Virus record (IMG/VR): IMGVR_UViG_3300032038_000023
Origin: an uncultured virus (IMG/VR IMGVR_UViG_3300032038_000023)
Lineage: Duplodnaviria > Heunggongvirae > Uroviricota > Caudoviricetes
Strand: one strand, 5' to 3'
DNA length: 56,564 nt
The notes under the pieces are model-generated. The model was not told where the DNA came from. It saw only the letters and a list, made by a program, of their open reading frames with translations, and did not search any database. The first letter of the stretch is position 1; every line of letters begins with the position of its first letter. The translations under genes were made by a program, and so were the position numbers. This document shows, one piece after another, positions 10,070 through 22,200 of the stretch.

Positions 10070-13000
10070 ATGGCGGGACAAAAGTTTACATTAACATTTG
10101 ACGCTTAGTTAAATGTTAGTTAGATGAATGGCGCATTAAAGTAGATATAGTCTACTCTTAATGGGTTACACTTGCCTTAGAATATCACTCGTGGGTTATA
10201 GGGTGGTATTGATAAATTACAAAAAGAAATAACCAGTTTTGAGAGTCTTGCATCTAAAGATATAACTAGTAAAGCTGATATGTCCAAGCTTGAAACTTAG
10301 GCATAGAAAGTTAGTAATGCTTTTAATTAGTTAAGACGTTCTTTTGCAAATTTAACTGGTTTAAATGGTAGAGATTTAGAAAAGCTTTTTCCTTCTAATA
10401 TTAGTAAAAATATTACCGATGGTTAGAAAGCTTTATCTACTTATACAAAAGATCTAACAAATGCAACGGCTGCGGTAAAAGATTAGAAAGCTGAAGTTGA
10501 TAAATTAAAGCAATCTATAACCGACCTTTAGAATAGAAAAACATATAATAATACTGAATGGAAACAGCTATAGAACGATATTAAGGCTACCGAAGCAGAA
10601 TTAGAGAAATATAAATAGTTAAAAGAATAGGCTGAAATAAAACGTGATGCAAAGTAGGCCGAGCTTCCTAATACATATAAAAATAGTTCCATTTGGCGCG
10701 ATGCTCAAAAAGAAATATAGAAATATCAGCAAGAAATTGACAATACTTAGAAGAAATTAGATGCTTTAAATCAAGCAAAAGTAACTGGTATTAAACAAGA
10801 AGATTAGATTAAAGCTCTTTAGAAATTAAATGCTGAATTAACTGTAGAATAGCAAAAATTTTAGCAATTAACTCAAATTTTATAGTAGTTAAGTAGTAAA
10901 GGTCAAGGTGGCGGTCTTCAACAATTAATTGAGCAAGTTGGTTAGCTTACTGGCTTAGATATGAGTTAGTTTAAGCAAACTACTCAAGGTGCTGGAGAAG
11001 CAATTCGTGTATATTTAAATTAGCAATTACAATAGTTAGGAACTAATTTAAATAATGCTGCTAATAGTGTCAATGGAACAAGTAATGCTTTTGCGAATAA
11101 TCGTTAGCAAGTGCATGAATGTGCTGAAGCATATTAGCAATTTAATACACAAGTGCGCGAAGTTGAACAATTAAAATCGCGTATTCAATATTTCTTTAGT
11201 TTAAATAACGCCATTATGCTGGTTAAGCGCACTTTACGTGAAGCTTATCAGACAATTAAAGATCTTGATAAAGCAATGACTGAGACGGCAGTTGTTACTG
11301 ATTTCTCTGTTGGAGATATGTGGTCACAACTTCCGGATTACACGGCTCGTGCAAATGAGTTAGGCGTTACAACTAAAGCTGCTTATGAGGCGGCAACGTT
11401 ATTCTATCAGCAAGGTTTAAAGACAAATGAAGTCATGGCAATGTCCAATGAGACATTGAAAATGGCACGTATCGCTGGTCTTGATGCGGCAGTTGCAACT
11501 GACCGTATGACCAACGCCATTCGTGGCTTTAATATGGAGATTAACGAGACTAATGCACAACGTATTGACGATGTGTATTCTCGTTTGGCGGCTATTTCTG
11601 CGTCTAACGTTGATGAAATTTCGACTGCTATGACGAAGGTTGCATCTCTGGCTCATAATGCAAATATGGAGTTTGAGACAACTGCGGCATTCTTGGCGTA
11701 GATTATTGAGACTACTCGTGAATCTGCTGAAACTGCTGGTACTGCGTTAAAAACAGTTGTTGCTCGTTTCTCTGAAGTTAAAAAGTTAGTCGATGAAGGC
11801 GAATTAAGTGGTAAAGATGAAGAAGGCGAATTAATTGATGTTAATAAAGTTTCTGAAGCTTTACGTACTGCTGGAATTGATTTAAATAAATATTTCCTTG
11901 GAGAAGTTGGACTTGATGATATATTCATGGAGTTAGCTTCTAAGTGGGATTCTCTTACTACTATTTAGCAAAGATATATTGCTACATAGGCTGCCGGTTC
12001 TCGTCAACAATCGCGTTTTATCGCTTTAATGAGTGATTATGCTCGTACATAGGAACTTGTTGGTGAAGCATACAATGCAAATGGCGCATCAGCAAAACAA
12101 TTTGCAAAGACGCAAGAGTCGTTAGAATCAAAACTTGCTCGTTTAAAGAATGCTTGGAACGAGTTTGCTATGGGCATTCTCAATAATGATCTTGTTAAAG
12201 CTGGTGTTGATTTACTTACTAATATATTAAATGGCGTTAATGCTTTAACCAGTGGTTTTGGTCAACTTAATGAAGGTATAGGCGGAGTTATCAATAGTGT
12301 TTCTAAACTTTTGATGCTATTCGGTGGACTTGGCCTTGGTAAAACTTTACTTGGCGGATTGACTGCTAGTATTTCTAATATTGGTTTAGTTGCTGCTGGA
12401 AAAGCACCATTGAATGTGGCAAAAGCTATGGCGACGTCTGCCGTCGGTGCTGGTGCAACTGGTGCTATGGGTAATCTTGCTGCTCGTGGCGCGGGCGGAG
12501 CAATGCTTGCTGGTTTCCTTAACCCATTTGCTGGAGTTGGCACAGCGGCCAAAGGTATTGGTACTAGTTTATGGGGTGGACTTCAAAAGTTTGGTTTAAG
12601 CACTGCTTTAAAAGGTGGTCTTACTGGTGGAATATCAAACGGAATTGCCGGTGGTGTTTTAGGACTTGGTGGTTCTGCTGAATTAGCTGCTGGTATTGCT
12701 GGCATTGGTACTGCTTTAACTGGTGTTGCAGTAGCAGCTGGAGCAGTTGTCGCTGCATATAAGCTTTGGGAGAAATATACTCCAGAGGGGCAATTAAAAA
12801 CCGCTAAGAAAATTGCTGAAGCCAATCAAAAAATAGCAGATGATACTTAGGCAGAAGCAGATTCTTTAAAGAATTTACAATCTAGTTATGATGAATATAC
12901 TAAAGCAGTAAATGAAGCGACTTCTGTTGAAGAACGGCGTTCGGCTATAGCAGAAAGAAATGATGCTATACTTAAAGCCATTGATAATAATCCAGACTTC

Positions 13001-16000
13001 TCTCAGTACTTATAGACGAGTTTTGATGAAGTAAGTGGAGAATTAGTTTTAACACTTGATAGTGATGCTGTTACAGATGCGGCAACAAAAGCTGCTGAAG
13101 CAGCCACAGAAGCGGCAATAGGTGCTTATTTCTCTCATGCTGATGTTTCTTTAAAGGAAGCTGAAGTAACTCTCAAAGAACTGAATGCAGCTAAAGCTTC
13201 TGCGGAAGTTCTTGCAAATATGAATAATCCTGATTATAGTATGAACTCTGAATTTTATGGTGGTTCTGCTGCGATTAATTAGGATTATGTAAAAGAACAT
13301 GGATCAGAAGCTAATATAGCAAAATTAAATGCTGAATGGATTGCGGCAACCTAGGCCGCGTAGAAACAAGCTCAACTTGCATATGCAAGAATGATTGAAC
13401 TTGCGGATTCCGATAGCATACTTAAATTAGATGAAAAGGTTGGGTAGGGTACTTCTTAGGCTTTAGCAGAAGTATTAGGTAAAGTCTTTGTTGAAACTGG
13501 TGAATCTTTATCTCAAGCTGTTGTAGAGTAGCTTAAAAACGGTCTTTCTGAAGGGACTTTAGATTCTCATGTATTAACTGCTACTGTAGCAGATGCTTTA
13601 GAGTTTTCTTTAAGCGGTATAGATTTAGATACTGAAGAAGGATTCGAAGAATATCTGAATCAGATGGATGTTAGCGCTGAAGAGTTAGAAGAATTTGCTA
13701 GTATCCTTAATGTTGGGGAAGATGTTTTACGTAAATATATTAAATCCCAAGCAAAGGCTATCAAAGAAGTTCAAACTGGTCAACGAGCAAAAATATATGA
13801 GTAGGCTTTTTAGAATGGTATTGATATTACTAAAAAGCTTCAAGACTCTGTATAGGCGCTTAATTCTGAGCAATTAGATGCAGTAAATAATTTACTTACT
13901 AGCTCAGAAGGGTTATTTGGTGAAGATAATAAAGGATTTAGTAGATTATTTAATGATCTGCCAAATCTTATTCAGAATCAAGAAGTTGATGGTCTTTTCC
14001 ATTTATTTAATTCCATTAATTTAGATAATCCTATTTAGGCTTTTCATAAGTTAAATGAGATTTCTAAAACTGCAACTGGTTCTCTTAAAGAATATGCAGA
14101 TTTAATTTTAGAATTAAATACTGAAAGCTTTTCAAGAAGTAATATGATCAAGTCATTTATGATGACTGAAGAATATACTGAAGACCTTAATAAAGAAATT
14201 GAAAAGTTTATTGATGAGAATGGAAAAATTACTCCGAAGAATGTTGAAGAATTAGCTGATAGTTCCGATACATTACGCACTATACTTGATGATAATATTG
14301 CTAGTGCAGAAGGCTTAGCCGATGCCATTAATGCCATTAATGATGGTGCGCCACTTGAAGGTTTAACTGACGAGTTATTATTCGCGTTTGATGCAGTTGC
14401 TGATGTTGATGATATGATTTTGCAATTGCATGACACAATTGCTAATTTTGACGCTGGATTAGATTATAGTGAAGGTACCGAGTTTATTGTTGATTTAGGT
14501 GATTAGTTATCTGAGTTATTAGAAAACTTTGAAATTGGTAATCAATAGACTCAACGAATGTATGATTAGCTCTTTGGCGAAGGAGCATATGAAACATAGT
14601 GGAATTAGTTTAAGGCCGCGATAGAGAGTGGCTAGGCAACAGTTGAAGACTTTGTTAATGACACAATGGCCCGTGTTACACGTGTTCAAGAATGGGCGCG
14701 TGAAGAATCCTATAATTTTATGTAGGAAATGGCTCAGCGTGGCGAATTAGGAATTACATTTGATGGTACTTCAGAAAATGGTGACTAGTTCAAGTGGGAC
14801 GTTGGGGATTTAACAACTGAGCAATTAGTAGCAGAAGTCCGTAAAGCAGCTAAGCGTGCTGGAGAAGAAATTTCTGATACAACTGCTATGGCACTTATTG
14901 AAGGTGCTATGGCGCATATGCCAGACTTACGTGCTGAATTAAAAGAAAATGACTTCTCAGCGAGTGTTGAAGAGTTAATTAAATAGCACGTTAAAAATGC
15001 AAAAGATATTTCCTAGTCTGAGATGGAAGCACTTGCTAAATCTGCTGGGAAAGATGTTGAAGAAGTTAGATAGGCTATTGTTGAGGCTGCGAAGAAAAAT
15101 CCAGAAGTTAATTTTGATATAAAACCTGTAGTTGATTGGACATATGGAGACGGCTCTCCAATGACTCCAGAAGATGTCATTAACAAATTTGTTGAGACAT
15201 TTGGTGAATTGGATGTTGCTTTAGATATGCACGTCCATGGTGGAGAAATTGATTACGAAGGTCTTTATAATGATTTAGTTGAGCGTGGTTTAACTCCAGA
15301 CCAAGCAAATGCAGTAGCAGATAAATTAGTTACCCAAATTGATAATGGACTTTTAACGAAGAAAATTACCATTCCAAATATTGAAATTGATGATAATGGT
15401 AATATTATAAATAAGCCACAAGAAATACCAGTTTATGCAAATAGTGTTGAAGGACTTGAAGCAACTGCAAAAGCTGCATTAGAAGCAGCAGAAGAAAAAG
15501 CCAATTATACAATTATGTCTCAGCAATTAGCTGAGCAAGATTATAGTGGCTTACAAGATAGCATATTTACATATATGAAATATGCAGCTGATGAGTTTGG
15601 TGAATACTTACAAGGCGTTATTGATGGCAAATTAAAACCTGGCTCTGAACAAGGTGGAGAGAAAGATAGCGGTAATGTAAAAGTTGGTTATAATTATAAC
15701 TCTTCAGCTTATGCAGATGGCATACCTTTAGGCAAGCAAACTGTTGCAGTAGAAACTAAATTAGATGAAGTTTCTTCCTCTAAATTACAAGAATGGGTAA
15801 ATCAAGTTGGTAAAATAACTCTTACTTTTACTAATGAAGAAGAAGCAAAAGCAAAAGCAGAATAGATTAAGAATGATATTGAAAGTGATAACCTTAATCT
15901 AAAGATTAGTACTGACTTAATTGAAAACCCAGACGAAACTTATTCTATTGAAGTTTAGCCAGCAGGATTTATTGAAGGTATAACTCATCAAGCCCAAGAA

Positions 16001-18373
16001 TATGCAACAGATCCGTTAGAAATTCCAGCTGTTGCAGAGATAGTCGATGTTAAATAGCCAGAAGAAACCGGTGAAGTTGAAGTTGAAGGTGGAATAACTG
16101 AGTTTAATACGGATCAAGCAGATCAAAAGATTGCAGAGTCCGCAAATGCTGCTGAATAGACTATTGCTGAACAAACTGAAGCCGGTTACACAACTGGCGC
16201 GCAACAAGGTGCAGATGCTTCAGAAGTTTATCGTCAACAAGTAGCAGATGATCTATATGAAAAGATCTTAAATGGTGAAATCACTTCTGGTGAGTAGGGT
16301 GCCGCTTATATTTCTCGTTAGGTTGATGATTAGGCAAGTGCTCTTGCGATTGGTGACATAATTTATGCAAAATTATCCTCCGCAGGTAATAGTGCTGCCA
16401 TTGATATGGCTGGCTAGATTCAAACTGCACTTAGTAATATCGTCTTTAAGATTAATGTTGTTGCTGAAGTTTAGGGTCAAGGCAATGTTGCTGGCAATCA
16501 GGTTGCTTTCCATGGTGGCGTAATTGGTAGCGGTAGTTCTGCTGCAAAAGGTGGTATTGTTTCTCGCGCTAGTGGAAGTGCTTCACGTCAATTAAAACCT
16601 GGTATTGCACTTACTGGTGAAGAAGCACCAGAAATTGTTTGGAATAAAGAGCGTGGTTATGCTTATATAACTGGTCAAAATGGGCCAGAATTTTAGCAGT
16701 TAAACCCTGGAGATAGGGTATTTAATGCTCAAGAAACAGATCGCATACTTAGAAATAGTTCTGATATAGTTGAATTCTTCGGTTCATATGCCACTGGTGC
16801 TTGGAACCGTACTAAGATTCAAGAGCGCGCCGCTTAGCGAAACAAAAGCTCTCGTTCTGGTAGTAGTGGGAGTAAAGATTCTAGCGATAAAGAGAAAACT
16901 CCAACCGTATGGGAAAATGAACTTGATTGGCTTTATAATCTCATTCAAGATATTGGGATGCTTGAGCGTCTCCAAACCAAACTTGCCGAACGTCATGATC
17001 GTTATTTAAGCGACATTTCCAAAACTGGACGTGACTTATATAACACATCTAAAGAACAACTCGATAATCTCAAGACCCAACGTGATAATGCGCGCGAGCG
17101 TCTGAACCGACGCACGCAAGAGATGAACGAGTAGATCGGTATTAGTGGATATGGAAACTACGTCTGGTGGAATGCAAAAGATCAAACCTTAGAGATTGAC
17201 TGGGATGCGATCGAAGCGCTTCAAGATAAAGAGACCTATGATGAAATTGTTGAACTCATAGGCCGCACGGAAAAGATTCAAGATGAGATTCAAGCCGCGC
17301 AAGATACTCTTTGGTCTACTGAAAAAGAGATCAAAGATATTGAAGATCGATACTTAACTGATTTTACTAATTACCAATCTCGTGTCTATGATGCAGTTGT
17401 ATACGGCTATCAACAACAAATTGATAAGCTTTCTTCTTTAAATGACGAATTAAATGATGCTAATAATGCAATACTTAATTCTCTTTAGAAAGAAATTGAT
17501 TATTCTCGTCAAATCCGTGATAATACCGATACTCAAAACCAACTTGCTGACATGGAAGCGCGGCTGGCTTATATGCGCCGCGATACGACTGGAGCAAACG
17601 CTTCTGAAATCCGTCAGTTAGAAAAACAATTAGCTGATTCTCGTCAAAGCTATGAAGATACTTTAATTGATTAGTCTCTTAATTCTTTAAAGGAAGCTAA
17701 TGACTAGGCCGCTGAATAGAGAGAACGTCAAATCAATTTAATGACAGCGTAGTTAGACTACTGGAAAGAATCTGGTGCTTTATGGAATGAAGTTAATTAG
17801 TTGATTGCAAGTGGCATTGGAAACAATGGAAGCTTAATAAGTGGTTCTGATCTTGAAAAAACACTTTAGAACGCTGAAAGTTGGAAGGGCATGAGCCAAG
17901 AACAGCGTGAAGTCTGGGCAAACGATTTGATTCTTGAAACGAATAAAGCTGGTGCTTATTTGATAAAGATAAGCGAAGGTTTGGATGGAATTTCAAAGGG
18001 AGTCTGGGCTAATCTACCGCGGTCGTCTGTAACGAGCCAAAAGCTCGATTATGGTGATGAAGGTTATTCGACTGGTGGGTTAAATGCTCATCCCGGACTT
18101 GCAATGCTTCATGGTACGCCGAATGAACCAGAATACGTATTAAATGCACGCTAGACCGACGCATTCTTGCGGCTGTCTGATGTACTGCCCGCGATGTTGA
18201 GTAATGATACTGGAACGATGAATAATTTTGGTGGGAATACATTTAATCTTGTGATGAATGTCGATCAAATTGCTAATGATTATGATGTCGATCGTCTGGT
18301 TGAGCGCGTCAAACAAGATATTTACGATGTAAGCTCATATAGAAATGTAAATAGTATAGGTTTCATTAGATAA
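10070..18373 (+). CDS. Tail tape measure protein, about 2767 aa with many TAG
   Basis: GAGGTG RBS. Track ORFs 11153, 12170, 14144, 15161, 17891 and 18167 all share one frame ending at TAA 18371-18373. TMP core DLDKAMTETAVVT...ETAGTALKTVVARF, Gly/Ala hydrophobic segment, GEEAPE and HGTPNEPEYVL motifs. Not every codon was checked by hand. Confidence 0.85.
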
Positions 18374-18394
18374 CTTTACTTTAGTATAGGAATT

Positions 18395-18420
18395 AGAAGG
18401 GGACTCTAAGTCCCCTTCTT
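18395..18420 (+). terminator. Hairpin after the tape measure gene
   Basis: AGAAGGGGACT-CTA-AGTCCCCTTCT perfect 11-bp stem. Confidence 0.65.
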
Positions 18421-18436
18421 AAAAGGAGGAATAAAC

Positions 18437-19234
18437 GTGAGTGTTTATGAAGGAGAATTTCTGGGCTTCACATTAGGTGAAATCCATTCTTCTAATTTAA
18501 ATATAACTCGTGTTACAAGTGGAGATCGGTATAGTGAAAATATGACGCCGAACTTTACTGATGTAACAGCATCTATTCCTGGGAATGATGGGATGTATTA
18601 CTGGACAACCTATCATAACTAGAGGAATTTTACGATAGACTTCGCGTTTGATGATTTACGAGAGGAAGACTTAAGACGTTTAAAGTAGTATTTAAGTTTT
18701 AAAGGACTTTAGTAGTTAATTTTTGATGAAGCACCATATAAGAAGTATTATGTGAAGTGCTAGAATCCGCCTGTACTAAAGTATATTCCTTTTGGTGGAT
18801 TAGAAGGCATGATGGTCTATAAAGGCGAAGGTAGTGTCACTTTTGTGGCATATAATCCATATGCAGTTAGTACTGAGTCGGTTGAGTTTGTTGCGACGAA
18901 TAAGGTTTAGCTGGATAATTCGGGTGACTTGGATACGTATTTTAAGGTTTATTTCCCGGTTGTAAGTAAGATCGGATTAAATCTTACGTCCGGCGGAAAA
19001 ACTATTGGGTAGTTGACTATTAGTGGATTGACTCGTTAGGGTACTGATTCGTATATTTGCATTGATATGAAAACTCATTTAATTGAAGGAATGAATGCAT
19101 CGTTTGAGAAGACTGGGAACTTATATAATAGATTTATTTTGTCTGGTGATTTCTTTTCAGTTCCAATAGGATAGAATGTGTTAACTGCTAATACGAATTG
19201 GACGAAATTGACTATGAGTTAGATGTATTATTAA
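18437..19234 (+). CDS. Distal tail protein (Dit-like), 265 aa with TAG read-through
   Basis: AGGAGG RBS and GTG start. Motifs IPGNDGMYY and LIFDEAPYKKYYVK. Canonical position after the tape measure; TAA 19232-19234. Confidence 0.7.
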
Positions 19235-19245
19235 GAGGTACTGCG

Positions 19246-22200
19246 ATGGTAGATAAGTATGAAATAAGCTTATGGGAAGACTATCCAGATACTACCTCTA
19301 GTGGTGTTCCTTTTTTAAACGAGCGTAAATTATGCGTAATTGGCTCTGATACGATGAATACATAGATTCGTGCGGTCGAGCCAAAAATGATAGAGAATAT
19401 AAATGGTACACATACTTTTACGTTTAAGATGTATTATGTGTATCGTAATGAAGAAACTGGCGAGATGATACCAAATCCTTTTGGTAGTTTATTGATTAAT
19501 GAACGAAAGGTAAAGGTTCTTTGGAAAGGAAATTGGTATGATCTTCTTATAAAGTAGTTAGATGAAGATACGGCGAGTAAGAGTATTACTTATACGTGTA
19601 AAGATACATTTATTACTGAATTAAGTAAGAATGGGTATAACTTAGAGTTTAGTTCTGAATTATAGAATAATATTGGTACTTCAAAAGAACTGGCGGCCGC
19701 CGTATTAAAAGATAGCGGTTGGTAGTTTGATAGCGCTGGATCATATACTTCGATTTAGAAAACTGAAGAAGCAGTTTATGAGACGAGCGCGCAGAATGCA
19801 TTTACAGCAACAAAGTAGTCTCCGAGTGGAGATACAACTGCAACGATTCCTAAAGGCGCAAATGTGCTAGTATTTTATTCGTCTATAATTGATATTAATT
19901 CAGCTACAAGAATTACGAAGTAGGTCTAGTTTCTTTATGCGGCCGGTGGGTATCAGACAGAAGATAATGGAATGTTGGTACTTAACGGCGATTGCTATGC
20001 TGTATCGCTTACTGGATATAAAACCGGTGATAATGTAATATTATCAAGTGGAAATACAACTGTTTTAACTATTAATGTTGCTAATGCAGTATCTGGTAGG
20101 TATCGCGCGGAAAGGCTTGTAAAGAGTTAGATTACTAAGTATGACGCGTTGTTTGATAGATTTGTAAATGTATATTCTGATACATAGAGTAGCGGCGCTG
20201 AGACTTGGGGGTATGAGACAACTGAGTATAGTGACCCATTGACGGTTGTTAATTTAGCCGCCAACTCCTCTAACTTTAGTAACTTAGATGGATGGATCGG
20301 CACGAATTTAAGTTGGGGTATTTATCCTAAGTTTACTTCGAGTACAGATATTAGTAGCTATACTGCGAAGAGTTATTTACGTATTGGCGCGGCCGGGTCA
20401 TACTACAATAATGGTATCTCGGCAAATCAGCAATATTTAAAGCCCAGTCAGAATGATATAAAGAAAGGTATAACTGGTGGTTTCCATATTGGAGATCGTT
20501 ATATCTTTAGAGTAAAGATTAAAAATGGTAATGATCCTTCAAGTGGAAGTTATTTATATAATACGACTGTTACACCATAGGTTAGAGAATATAGCGCTGC
20601 CCATGGCCCAACTGGGAACTAGTTCTTCTCGGTAGGCAGCCGCACCACGAATGGATAGTGGAATGAGTATGTACTTACTTGTAATAGGTCGCTTGCTGCG
20701 GATTAGATAGAGAAAGCTGGGTTATTCTTAGTTGCTACTGCGGCTTGCTGGGTTGAAGATGTTGAGTTCTTTAAGGAAGAGTTTGGTGTAACAACTTATG
20801 GGTCTACTACGACTTAGAGAATGAACCCTGGTGAGATCTCTCTTTAGGGAATCGCGTAGACAGTATATCGGTATTATCGACCAGATCATAGTGGTGCAAC
20901 GACTCCAGAAGGAGTTACTTTCCTTTATGAAGGCACGAGTCCTTCGAGTAGGTTCACCGCGCGCACGAATAATTATGAGAAGCTGGCAACAATTGAAGCA
21001 AAGTAGTCAAATAGATTTAATATTCTTTAGTCGATTGCAGAAGCTTTTGAGTGCTGGGTTAGATTTATAATTAACCATGATGAAAATGGTAGGGTTCTTT
21101 ATGATACTCAAGGTAATCCACAGAAGTATGTGCGGCTTGTAGAGTATGTTGGTGAAGACCTTGGTTGGAGTTTTGAGTATGGAATTGATCTTAAGACTCT
21201 AAAGAGAAAGATTGTTTCTGATTAGATTACAACTAAGGTTATTGTATTACCAAATGATAATGAGTTTGCGCCAAATGGATTCTGTACGATTGCAAGAAGT
21301 AGTTTAAACTATACAAGAGAAAATTTTGTATTGAATTTGGATTACTTTATTAATCAAGGATTACTGGATTAGAGAACTGTTGATAAAGATTTATATAGTA
21401 CATCTAATAACTATATTGGATATTATTATAATCTTCATATGCTTAATAAAGAGTATGATGAGATTACTGATTTATTAGTATAGAAGAGAAATGAACTGAG
21501 TGCGCAGTAGAGTGAGCTAACGGTTCAGTAGAATAAGTTAAAGGCACTGAATAATTAGTTGACTAGTACAAGATCTGATGTTATTACTTTGGCATGTACA
21601 TAGTCTGAAACTAACCCGTGGTCAGCGGCCTAGGCATATGCACGCGCACACACAGATAATGTAAAGGTTCAATCTTTATTAAATACAGCTGGAAGCCTTC
21701 AGAATTAGATTAGTAAGACGACTTCTGAAGTTAACCAATTAGTATCGTCTGTTACGATGATTACTAATTATATTAATGATAGAGTTAGTAGACAGAATAC
21801 AATTCGTACTCAAGTTGAAGCACTTCATGCTAAGTTCTTTAAGAAATATTCAAGATATTTACAAGAAGGGACTTGGCAAGATGAAAGCTATATTGATGAT
21901 AATAAGTATTATCTTGATGCAGTTGATGTTGCTTATACTTCGAGCAGGCCACAATTATAGTATGAAATAAATGTAATGCGGCTGACCGCGATAGAAGATT
22001 TTAGTTCAAAAAAGTTCTAGGTTGGCGATCTTTGTTATATTGCTGATAGAGAGTATTTCGGATATGGTGTTGATGGTATCACGCCTTATAAGTTACGAAT
22101 TGTAATTAGTGAGATTACTTCTTTCTTTGATGAACCGCAAAAGGATGTTATAAAGGTTTAGAACTATAAGACTTAGTTTGATGATCTTTTTTAGAGAATT

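Noticed and set aside
12262..12825. Ala/Pro-rich antisense ORFs and possible repeat array
   Set aside because: They mirror the Gly/Ala-rich hydrophobic segment of the tape measure; no regularly spaced identical repeats as in a CRISPR array.
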